From Candidatus Woesebacteria bacterium GW2011_GWB1_39_12 (GTDB taxonomy: Bacteria; Patescibacteriota; Microgenomatia; UBA8517): a stretch of 64,000 bases of DNA. The notes beneath the pieces were generated by a model that worked only from the letters and a program-made list of their open reading frames with translations, did not search any database and was not told the origin of the DNA. The stretch spans positions 26,325 through 90,324 of the forward strand of contig LBWB01000008.1 of NCBI GenBank assembly GCA_000993405.1, given 5' to 3'. Positions 56,109 to 64,000 of the stretch are shown here, piece after piece. The translations under genes were made by a program, and so were the position numbers. The number at the start of each line of letters is the position of its first letter. Positions within the stretch are counted from its first letter, which is position 1.

Positions 56109-57336
56109 TTTTTACGATTTTATCCTTCCCCATCCACTTTCTCAAAACTTCCGGGACTACGACCGACCCGTCTTCCTGCTGATAATTTTCGAGAATTGCT
56201 AGAATTGGTCGTTGAGAAAAAGCAGTTCCGTTAAGCATATGAACATATTTAGTTATCCTTTTATCTTGGTATCTAATGTCCAATCCCCTCGCTTGAAAGT
56301 CGGTGCAGGTTGACGTGGAGGTCAACTCTCTGTACTTACTCTCTGACGGAAACCAACCATTAAGGTCGTATTTCCTCGCAGCCGGAATACCAAGATCCCC
56401 GCTACACATCTTAGAAACCTCATAAGGTATACCCAACGCCTGCAAAAAATTTTCTTCAAGACTCAGGAAGTACTCATGTTCGGAATCAGAATTCTCCTCT
56501 CGCGTAAAAGAAAACATTTCAACTTTGTTAAATTGATGCACTCTTAGCGAACCTTTCGTGTCTTTGCCATAAGAGCCTGCTTCTCTCCTAAAACAGGTAG
56601 AGTAGGCAACATATCGAAGCGGTAAAATCTTACCATCCAAAATCTCGCCAGCATGTAATGGACCAACCGACTGCTCCGATGTGCCCACTAAAACCAATCC
56701 ATCTTTATCTAAAACATACATATCTTCTTCCCCGCCATGTTCTAGATAGCCCATGCCCGCCATCATTTCTTTTTTAATAAGAACTGGTGGAATAATTGGA
56801 GTAAAACCTTCTTTTGTCAAAGTTTCTAGAGCAAATTGAACTATGGATTGGTCAAGCAAAACCCCATCGTCTTTCAAATAAAAAAATCTTGTCCCCGAAA
56901 CTTTAGCTGCTCTTTCGGTATCTATTATTCCCAATTCCTCTCCCAATTGCCAAAAGGGCTTGAATCCAAAATCGAACTTTCTCGGTTCACCCCACTTTCG
57001 AACAATTTCATTCTCTGATTCGTCTTTCCCGACTTTTACGTCTGCGCTTGGAATATTGGGAATCTTTGCCAAAGCTTCTTTCTGTTGCTGTTCCGACTTT
57101 TTAAGTTGAATTTCCAAACTCTGAAGTTCACCTTTAATTTTCTTACCTTTTTCAATATTCTTTTCCTTTGCTGCCAAATTTCTCTCCTTACGAAATTCTT
57201 CAACTTTTTGCAAAAACTCTCTCCACTTTTTATCCGCTTCCAATACAACATCAACTAACTTAGGATCGAGCTGCTTATCAGCAACTCCCCTTTTAACCTC
57301 TTCAGAATTTTCTCGAATATATTTTATATCCAGCAT
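56101..57336 (-). CDS. serS: Seryl-tRNA synthetase
   Basis: N-terminal coiled-coil arm plus a class II core (motifs 2 and 3; 'FRREAGS', 'GSGLA..R'). 411 aa. Confidence 0.85.
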   Translation of the reverse strand: MLDIKYIRENSEEVKRGVADKQLDPKLVDVVLEADKKWREFLQKVEEFRKERNLAAKEKNIEKGKKIKGELQSLEIQLKKSEQQQKEALAKIPNIPSADVKVGKDESENEIVRKWGEPRKFDFGFKPFWQLGEELGIIDTERAAKVSGTRFFYLKDDGVLLDQSIVQFALETLTKEGFTPIIPPVLIKKEMMAGMGYLEHGGEEDMYVLDKDGLVLVGTSEQSVGPLHAGEILDGKILPLRYVAYSTCFRREAGSYGKDTKGSLRVHQFNKVEMFSFTREENSDSEHEYFLSLEENFLQALGIPYEVSKMCSGDLGIPAARKYDLNGWFPSESKYRELTSTSTCTDFQARGLDIRYQDKRITKYVHMLNGTAFSQRPILAILENYQQEDGSVVVPEVLRKWMGKDKIVKNE

Positions 57337-57350
57337 ATTTTTATTATAGT

Positions 57351-58052
57351 CTAAAGTGCATGCTTTTTTATATTGGATCTTAAACTCTCTAAATGTTTAT
57401 TGTTATTTAATTCTAAAACCTTTAATTTAATTTTTCCGCCTACTTTATTTAATTCAAAAAAATTAAGGGCTGCGGGTTCGATATTGTGCGTCCAAATTTC
57501 ATCGAGTGTCCAGCCGTTTGCCAATGTTACCAAAATTCTGACAACGTTATCGTGAGTAATAATAAGTGTATTTTCCGTAAGCATAACATTATCCAAAAAC
57601 GCCTGAATTCTCTGAAGCATATCGACAAATGCCTCCCCTCCCGGAAAAATAGCCTGACTGGGTTTTGTTAGCCAAGTATCATAGATTTCGGGATAAAGTT
57701 CTTTCACCAAATGTTTATTTTTTCCCTCCCATTCTCCATGGTTTGTTTCTATTATTAAATCGCTAACTTCAATAGGACAGTCACAGATTCTGGATACTTC
57801 AAGGGCAGTTTGATACGTCCTTTTCAAAGGGCTCGAAATTATTCTACTGATCCCCAAGCCTTCAAGTTTTCGGGCAAGAGCTTCTGCTTGTTTTTTACCA
57901 AGAGGGGAGAGATCTGTATCATAGGTCTGACCTTGATAGATACCTCTTGTATTTGCCACACTTTCTGCATGTCGAACAACAATAATTCTCGAAATACCTC
58001 GTGTGAGTTTTTGCTCGGTTATTTTAGTAAATTCAATTAAATCTTCTTCCAT
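57351..58052 (-). CDS. Histidine phosphatase family protein (phosphoglycerate-mutase-like)
   Basis: 'IIVVRHAESVANTRGIYQGQ' RHG motif and C-terminal His 'ITHDNV'. Confidence 0.65.
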   Translation of the reverse strand: MEEDLIEFTKITEQKLTRGISRIIVVRHAESVANTRGIYQGQTYDTDLSPLGKKQAEALARKLEGLGISRIISSPLKRTYQTALEVSRICDCPIEVSDLIIETNHGEWEGKNKHLVKELYPEIYDTWLTKPSQAIFPGGEAFVDMLQRIQAFLDNVMLTENTLIITHDNVVRILVTLANGWTLDEIWTHNIEPAALNFFELNKVGGKIKLKVLELNNNKHLESLRSNIKKHAL

Positions 58053-58413
58053 CGATACCTTTTCAAATTAGCAGTAAGATTTCTGCTAATTTGAGCATAT
58101 ACTACCAATTTATCGATATAAAATTCAAAACATAACTAATTAAAACGTTTTGAATTTTCTATGTAATATTCATGTGAAGTTACGCTCCTGAAGGAAGGTG
58201 CCAGCTTAACTTTTACTACGTTCATGTGAACTGAATGTAGTTTACTTAATTTATCCGTTACGTAGATTATACGTCTTGGTTTTCTACCCCAAGAAGCTCA
58301 GTGATTGGAAGTCACCTAATAACGCTTTTGTAAATTGTTAACTGTTATGTATTTTAAAAAAAGATAATTAATCTGTCAACCACTTATTGTTTAGTATGAT
58401 ATATCATACTAAA

Positions 58414-58995
58414 TTATAATCCTAGTTCTTCATGTATCCCCTGCATTGCGGAAAGCGCGATTTCGATAAACTCCCGAAGTGGAATTCCAAGTCGAGATTC
58501 ACATTCTTCAATTTGTTCTCTTTTAACGCCCGCCGCAAAAGATCTCTGATCCCACTTATGCAAAACCGAATCAGCAGTTACCTCGGCTAAGGTTTTATTC
58601 GGCTTAACAAGAGCTACCGCAACAATCATTCCGGTTAATTCGTCGCAGCAGTACAAAGACCACTCAAGGTTATTTTTGGGAGGGTTTTGACCTGTGTGTG
58701 CATAATTGTGCGACAAAATTGCTTCTAATATCTCTTGATCTCTAACTTCTTCTTTCTTGAGCCATTCAACCATTCTTAAAGTATGAAGTTCAGGAGTAGC
58801 CTTAGTTTCCTCATAGTCTCCGTCGTGCAAAAGTCCGATAATTCCCCATTTGTCTTCCTCTTCTTGCGTCTGTTTGTGATCCTCTAACCGTTTATATAAA
58901 GCCCGCATCACAGCTTCCACTGCATAACAATGCCTCCTCAAATTCTGATTCTCCATATGCTCATGAAGAAGTTTCAATGCTTTATCTCTGGTCAT
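58414..58995 (-). CDS. HD-domain phosphohydrolase
   Basis: 'HCYAVEAVMRAL' ... 'IGLLHDGDYEE' (H...HD...D). The start is coupled (4-nt overlap) to the LysRS gene. Confidence 0.6.
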   Translation of the reverse strand: MTRDKALKLLHEHMENQNLRRHCYAVEAVMRALYKRLEDHKQTQEEEDKWGIIGLLHDGDYEETKATPELHTLRMVEWLKKEEVRDQEILEAILSHNYAHTGQNPPKNNLEWSLYCCDELTGMIVAVALVKPNKTLAEVTADSVLHKWDQRSFAAGVKREQIEECESRLGIPLREFIEIALSAMQGIHEELGL

Positions 58996-60557
58996 GCTTT
59001 GCTCACCTCTTTTAATCTTTTTATAACTTTCTCCTTAGGATGGCTTAATAAAAACCAAGCTGCACGCGGGCCATGATCTTTACCAATGAAAGTTTGATAG
59101 ATAGCAGAAAATGCCTTTTTGGAATCTAGTTTAATTTCTTTGGATAAATTATATAAAGACAGCTGTAATTCCTCTGGCCTATCAGATTTATTTATTAAAT
59201 CAATAATCTTACTTAAATATTCCTTTTGCTTAACATCAAGTTTTTTAGCTCCTTCAGATAATTTTTCTGAAAAAACCAGTTTAAAATCATTAGAAGCATA
59301 TTTTTCCAACCAAATCTTTGCATATTTTTCCCGCTCACTGAGTATCTTCAATTCATATTCATTCAGCTTTTCTCCCTTAATTTCTTCAAATTTTTCCTGA
59401 AGATTTTCTGCCAGCTGTAAATAATTCGCTACGTCTCTGAATCTTGGAAGAAAAATCTTTTTTCTTTGAGATATGTCTTTTATCTGTGACAATACAAAAA
59501 CCCTACTCAAATTAGGATCCGAGTCGTTATTATATGCCTGCCAACATTTATCGTAATCGTCAAAAATATCGGAAATTACCATTGTTCCGACTGGATTAAA
59601 CTCGATTGATTCACGATAATCAGTCCGAACAAAGAGAAACCTGGCCAATGCTGGGGGAAAGATACTTGTGATATCGTGAGCTTTAAAACCAATTCCTTTT
59701 GATGAAGACATTTTTCTACCCCCGACTATAAACCATTCATAGGGAAGCTTATAAGGCTCCGGATAATTAAAAACTTCTCTGCATAAAGCCATTGCGATAT
59801 CATAGGAACCACCCGCAGAAGCATGGTCTTTTCCGGCTCCTTCTATGGTTACTCCAATAACTTTCCAGTGGGCTGCCCAATCCACTTTCCATGGTAATTT
59901 TCCGGTCCCACCAAATGGGGTTATTTTCCCCTCATATCCGCAACCTTGTGCCCAAACTACAAGATCAGGCTCACATTTATAAGAAACTTGTTTTCCGTCC
60001 CAAGCAAAAACCCTGGTGGTACCGAGTTTTCCGCACTTTTCGCATTCCACCTGAAAAGGAAGCCATCCTTTCTCTCTTTTTTTACTGCCGCTTACCTTTT
60101 GATAAATATCTTGAATTTTTTCTGCATTGTCGAGTGCTTCTTTGATTACCCCGTCAAACCTGCCCCCTCTATACATTTCATAAGAAGACAAAAATTCTGC
60201 TTCTACTCCCAGATCAAGTTGAACTTTCTTGAAATCCTCAGCAATTAAAGTACCAAGACTGTCATATTTTGAATCGGGTGATGGAATTTTTCTTAAAGGA
60301 AAACCTAAATAATCTTTATACTTCTCTTTAAATTCCGGAGGCAATTCGTCCGCGGGATCAAAATCATTTATCACAAAGGTTAACTTTGCCTCTTTACTTA
60401 AATCCCGAAGAGCTCGATAGATTAGACTGTGTATTACTGGACCCCTTAATGCTCCAATATGGGCGAATCCTGAAGGAGTTTTCATATCATCTACCCAATA
60501 TGGAATATATTTGCCGGATTCTAAAATCTCTTTTGCTACTTTATCCACCCAATACAT
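58992..60557 (-). CDS. Class I lysyl-tRNA synthetase (LysRS-I, archaeal type)
   Basis: 'TPSGFAHIGALRG' (HIGH-type), 'KMSSSKG' (KMSKS) and 'CEKCGK' zinc knuckle. 521 aa. Confidence 0.8.
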   Translation of the reverse strand: MYWVDKVAKEILESGKYIPYWVDDMKTPSGFAHIGALRGPVIHSLIYRALRDLSKEAKLTFVINDFDPADELPPEFKEKYKDYLGFPLRKIPSPDSKYDSLGTLIAEDFKKVQLDLGVEAEFLSSYEMYRGGRFDGVIKEALDNAEKIQDIYQKVSGSKKREKGWLPFQVECEKCGKLGTTRVFAWDGKQVSYKCEPDLVVWAQGCGYEGKITPFGGTGKLPWKVDWAAHWKVIGVTIEGAGKDHASAGGSYDIAMALCREVFNYPEPYKLPYEWFIVGGRKMSSSKGIGFKAHDITSIFPPALARFLFVRTDYRESIEFNPVGTMVISDIFDDYDKCWQAYNNDSDPNLSRVFVLSQIKDISQRKKIFLPRFRDVANYLQLAENLQEKFEEIKGEKLNEYELKILSEREKYAKIWLEKYASNDFKLVFSEKLSEGAKKLDVKQKEYLSKIIDLINKSDRPEELQLSLYNLSKEIKLDSKKAFSAIYQTFIGKDHGPRAAWFLLSHPKEKVIKRLKEVSKA

Positions 60558-60626
60558 ATTGAGGAAATTTTACCTCTAGCACACATTCACCACAAGCCTG
60601 TATTATTCGATAAATTTTTGAGATTG

Positions 60627-61094
60627 CTACTCTATTGACAAAATTTCGTAGATAACTTTTCCAGCCGGGGCTTCGACTTCGACTTTGTCACCAATATTCT
60701 TTCCTATCAGCGCGTGACCAAGAGGAGATGTGTGTGAAATCTTTTTCTCTCCAGGGTCTGCTTCCCAATCGCCAACGATATGAAAAGTATGGGTTGCGCC
60801 ATTCGACTTAACTGTTACTCTTGTTCCCAAACCAACCCCACTACCCGGTTTCCCATTCGAAATAACTTCCGCATTTTTCAGTACTCCCGAAAGCTCATCA
60901 ATTCTTCCGTCTAAAAATTCAAGTTCGTCTTTGGCATTGTGATAATCGGTATTTTCGGTCAAATCTCCCTGATTTCTGGCATTGGAAAGCCTCTCGACTA
61001 CTTTCGGCCTTTTAACCTCCGAAAGTTGTTCGAGTTCTCGCTTTAAAGTTTCCAAGCCCTCCTTTGTAATCTGAATTTTGTTATTTCCGTTCAT
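60627..61094 (-). CDS. greA: Transcription elongation factor GreA
   Basis: 155 aa. N-terminal coiled coil with 'DLTENTDYHNAKDELEF' and a C-terminal FKBP-like domain. Confidence 0.85.
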   Translation of the reverse strand: MNGNNKIQITKEGLETLKRELEQLSEVKRPKVVERLSNARNQGDLTENTDYHNAKDELEFLDGRIDELSGVLKNAEVISNGKPGSGVGLGTRVTVKSNGATHTFHIVGDWEADPGEKKISHTSPLGHALIGKNIGDKVEVEAPAGKVIYEILSIE

Positions 61095-61453
61095 AATTCA
61101 GTCTACCCGCCTTATTTTCGCACTCGGCTTTTCAGAATTATTCATTCACGCCTCGTGCCAAAATTCTTCGGCGGGTTGCACGCTATTAATATTCTGATAT
61201 CAATGTGTGCAAAAAAAACTCCCCCGATTGTTTTGGTATTTGTCGGAGGAAAATTTACTTTTTTTTAACTATCTCCCCAACAAATCACCCATTAACCTTA
61301 TTGGTAATTTGGGCGAAACAAATAAGAACGGGGGATATCAACATTTTGAATTTAATACTTCTCGAAAGTGTAATGATTACATTCCCATTTGTCAAGCTTC
61401 GCTTTTTGCCTTATTCTTGAGAATATTTCATCTTTTGGGGATGATTATTCTCT

Positions 61454-62482
61454 TTGTTTGAGATAATTAAGATTATGCATATTGGTAAGATTCATTATCC
61501 ACCCCGCGATATTGAAGCCGGAGATTTTATAGAATATTTTCTGATTTCGGGAGTTGCGTCGACTCTCATAATCCGCACATTTTTGAGTCTCACTAGCTAT
61601 CCACAACTAGGAGGGCAGAATTTCCACATTGCGCATATGCTTTGGGGAGGGTTTCTGATGATAGTTGCTCTTTTAAGCCTTTTTATTTTTCTTAACAAGG
61701 AGGTTAAATACTTCGCATCAATTGTTGGAGGAATTGGTTTCGGCGCATTTTTAGATGAGCTTGGAAAATTTATCACCAGCGACAATAACTATTTTTATAG
61801 GCCGACAATAGGGATTATTTACGTCATATTTGTCCTTCTTTTTCTCGCGGCTCGGGCAGTCGAAAAGTACTTCAAATTCACCAAAGACGAGTATGCCGTC
61901 AATGCCATTGAAACCACAAAACAGGCATTAATACATGATCTTGACGAAAAAGAAAAGAGATCCGCGCTTTCTTACTTTCACAAAAGTGATATCGAAAATC
62001 CAATAGTCAAAGCCATGCTTAATGTATTACAAGACTCTGTCGCATTGCCTTCCAAAAAGCCCAACATTTTTCATCAGGTAAGATTATTCGCTAAAAAGAT
62101 TTATCTTAAATTTATACACTCACCCCGTTTTGCAATTTTTATAATAACCTTCTTTGTAATAGCTTCAATAATAAATTTTATAAAAGCTTTTTATGACTTT
62201 TCCAAAGTTCAATCTTTTTCGGAGTGGGGACAGTTAATATTCTCCTTAGTTTCGGGACTGTTTGTACTAATAGGAGTTTATTTTTTAAGTTACAGAAAAT
62301 CCAGAAAACGAGCCTATGAAATGTTCAAGTTGGCTATTCTTATTTCGATTTTCCTGACACAGTTTTTCAGGTTTATCGAAGAACAACTTTCTGCAATAAC
62401 GGGACTTCTACTGAACCTAATAATCCTCTCCGTCCTTCAGTACCTTATATACGAAGAAAAATTATTGGAGAAAGAGGAGTAA
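61454..62482 (+). CDS. Hypothetical polytopic membrane protein
   Basis: 342 aa, about 6 TMs, containing 'HIAHMLWGG' and 'FGAFLDELGKF'. Unassigned. Confidence 0.4.
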   Translation: MFEIIKIMHIGKIHYPPRDIEAGDFIEYFLISGVASTLIIRTFLSLTSYPQLGGQNFHIAHMLWGGFLMIVALLSLFIFLNKEVKYFASIVGGIGFGAFLDELGKFITSDNNYFYRPTIGIIYVIFVLLFLAARAVEKYFKFTKDEYAVNAIETTKQALIHDLDEKEKRSALSYFHKSDIENPIVKAMLNVLQDSVALPSKKPNIFHQVRLFAKKIYLKFIHSPRFAIFIITFFVIASIINFIKAFYDFSKVQSFSEWGQLIFSLVSGLFVLIGVYFLSYRKSRKRAYEMFKLAILISIFLTQFFRFIEEQLSAITGLLLNLIILSVLQYLIYEEKLLEKEE

Positions 62483-62546
62483 AGCGACCCAAAAGTCATT
62501 TGCTTTCAAATCAAAAAAAACGAAATTCCTGAATGATAATTTGGGA

Positions 62547-64000
62547 TTACTGTATAGTAACACTGCTTGCATTCGAAGCTGGAATATTTTTATTGAAATC
62601 GATCCAGATTTGACCACAGTATACATTACCAACTCTTGCTCGAATTGGAGTATAAACGTAACTTGTATTTACTCCCGTGGGTTGACTCCATAGAAGATCT
62701 CCGGGACCGTATGTTCCACTTTTACAACTGCCTTGAAATATATATAAAGATGAATTTTTAGGAGCAACTGAATCCCAGCTAAATCTAACAGTATAAGATA
62801 TGGGCCATATTGAAGACTTAGAAGCTGTGCTCTTTAAGACATTTGGATACTTGGGAACTCTTCCGCTTAGTGAAGGATCCCTTCCAAACATATTCCATTC
62901 AAAGCGAGGTGAATTGGTTGAAATTAAATTTGGAATTTCCCAAAGGTAAACTCTAAATTTACTACTGAAATTGTAGAATTCACCTTCTGCCGAAGCCAAA
63001 CTTAATTCCATAAAACCGTTATTATCCATGTCTGCTATTACACCCCCACCCAACGGAACATTGAAAAGTGAAGTTTTCCAATAATTAGAACCATCTTGTT
63101 TGATAATCGAAAATATATTACTCCACATAGTACCTGCTGTCATTTCTAACTTACCATCGCCATCGATGTCGCTTAAGGAAGGTTGGAAATTAGTTACAGG
63201 TTCGGGATTAAAGCTTTTCTTTCCTTCTAAGTCATAAATAGAAAGTTTACCCAACCCTGTCACAATCTCGTCTTTTTCATCACCATCCATATTAGCTAAA
63301 GACGGTCCATAAACATTTGGACTATCATATATAAGCCCTTCATTTCTTGGCCAACCAGGAATTAATGTTCCGTCTTTTTTCCAAACGTATATTTGACTTT
63401 GACAAGTAACTGGGTACTTAACGCAACCTAAACCATAGTTATTTCTATATGTAGCGACTGCAATAAGCTCTGCTTTCCCGTCTCCGTCAAGATCTCCAAA
63501 AGATGGAGTTGAATAAAAATTAACCGGATAATTATTGATAAAAGGTGCTTTATACGGCCACCCCGGAAGTATATTCCCCTGATTATCAAGTAGATACATA
63601 TAACTTGGTCTTCCTACTGCAATTTCCTGTTTCCCGTCATTATCCATATCAAAAATAGAGAGCTGCCCGACATAAAAGTTTGCTGAAGTAAATTCTCCAG
63701 GGTCAAGATTACTAGGTAATGGTGTTTTGGGAAATCCGGCTAGATTACTTCCGTCGGGTTTTAACGCTTGGAGTTTATTAGAACCATCAATTAAAACTAT
63801 TTCCTTCTTTCCATCCTTATCCAAATCAGAAATCACAGGAATGTGGCCCTGACCATGAGTAGGTGATACACCCTCAAAAAGCTTAGGCCAACCTGATTTA
63901 ATTTTTCCATCGCTTCTTATTACGTATATAAATTCCCTGTAATAACCACTATTTAATACCGTTAGGATTATTTCTTTTTTCCCATCATTATCAATATCGT
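62547..64000 (-). CDS. FG-GAP/VCBS repeat (beta-propeller) protein. Partial: the N-terminus runs off the window end.
   Basis: Repeated 'DxDGDGKxE(I/L)' calcium-binding-like blades ('DMDNDGKQEIAVG', 'DLDGDGKAELIAV', 'DIDGDGKLEMTAG'). The frame remains open upstream of the annotated GTG at 63836 to position 64000. Confidence 0.55.
   Translation of the reverse strand, partial: DIDNDGKKEIILTVLNSGYYREFIYVIRSDGKIKSGWPKLFEGVSPTHGQGHIPVISDLDKDGKKEIVLIDGSNKLQALKPDGSNLAGFPKTPLPSNLDPGEFTSANFYVGQLSIFDMDNDGKQEIAVGRPSYMYLLDNQGNILPGWPYKAPFINNYPVNFYSTPSFGDLDGDGKAELIAVATYRNNYGLGCVKYPVTCQSQIYVWKKDGTLIPGWPRNEGLIYDSPNVYGPSLANMDGDEKDEIVTGLGKLSIYDLEGKKSFNPEPVTNFQPSLSDIDGDGKLEMTAGTMWSNIFSIIKQDGSNYWKTSLFNVPLGGGVIADMDNNGFMELSLASAEGEFYNFSSKFRVYLWEIPNLISTNSPRFEWNMFGRDPSLSGRVPKYPNVLKSTASKSSIWPISYTVRFSWDSVAPKNSSLYIFQGSCKSGTYGPGDLLWSQPTGVNTSYVYTPIRARVGNVYCGQIWIDFNKNIPASNASSVTIQ

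Noticed and set aside
1-64000. CRISPR arrays, transposases, integrases, phage genes, rRNA or tRNA genes
   Set aside because: No regularly spaced identical repeats with unique spacers were seen. No transposase, integrase or recombinase-like ORF is present. No rRNA-like GC-rich stretches and no cloverleaf-compatible tRNA candidates were found in intergenic regions. The short recurring motifs present are AT-rich promoter-like elements.

Overview
This is an AT-rich, gene-dense, almost entirely minus-strand window. Its gene content (class I LysRS, GH57 plus GH15 alpha-glucan genes, FtsEX-EnvC, sortase, many PT-rich secreted proteins, very short 5' leaders) suggests an ultra-small or CPR-like bacterium with a Gram-positive-type envelope; this is inference. 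RF2 (prfB) is present with no programmed frameshift, so UGA is a stop codon. No rRNA, tRNA, CRISPR or mobile-element genes were found.

Annotated content:
- Partial fused GT2-GT4 glycosyltransferase, RmlD-like, RmlA-like and GalU genes.
- A sortase-linked surface-protein operon: three tandem paralogs of a repeat-rich secreted protein family, then sortase, a CAP-domain protein and a small membrane protein.
- Subtilisin, GalE, VanZ-like protein, a lamin-tail-domain protein, and an ftsE-ftsX-envC cluster.
- prfB, a ROK kinase, GH15 glucoamylase, GH57 and a glycogen-synthase-like GT.
- A membrane-anchored double-AAA+ Clp-like ATPase, ALDH, kbl-tdh, gdh, two ABC exporters and two NUDIX hydrolases.
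- secA, rarA, serS, a class I lysyl-tRNA synthetase and greA.

Most notable findings:
1. A perfect 44-bp tandem duplication (not a multiple of 3) splits one ArnT/PMT-like GT-C glycosyltransferase gene into two ORFs. It may be tied to the many Pro/Thr-rich linkers in secreted proteins, which are possible O-glycosylation targets.
2. The three-paralog surface-protein family next to a sortase has a conserved NTGG-x-ITTGD module and Cys-Cys doublets, with no canonical LPXTG.
3. A heptad TTGGAAw direct-repeat motif is shared by promoter regions of rmlA, GH15, GH57 and a Fic_N-like HTH gene.
4. A Clp/Hsp100-like ATPase has a transmembrane N-terminus.
5. tdh lacks a start codon and its Gly-rich loop, and its frame runs open into the 3' end of kbl.
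6. Structured noncoding regions at 21865-22225 and 58053-58413, and two GC-rich hairpins in the leader of the surface-protein operon.
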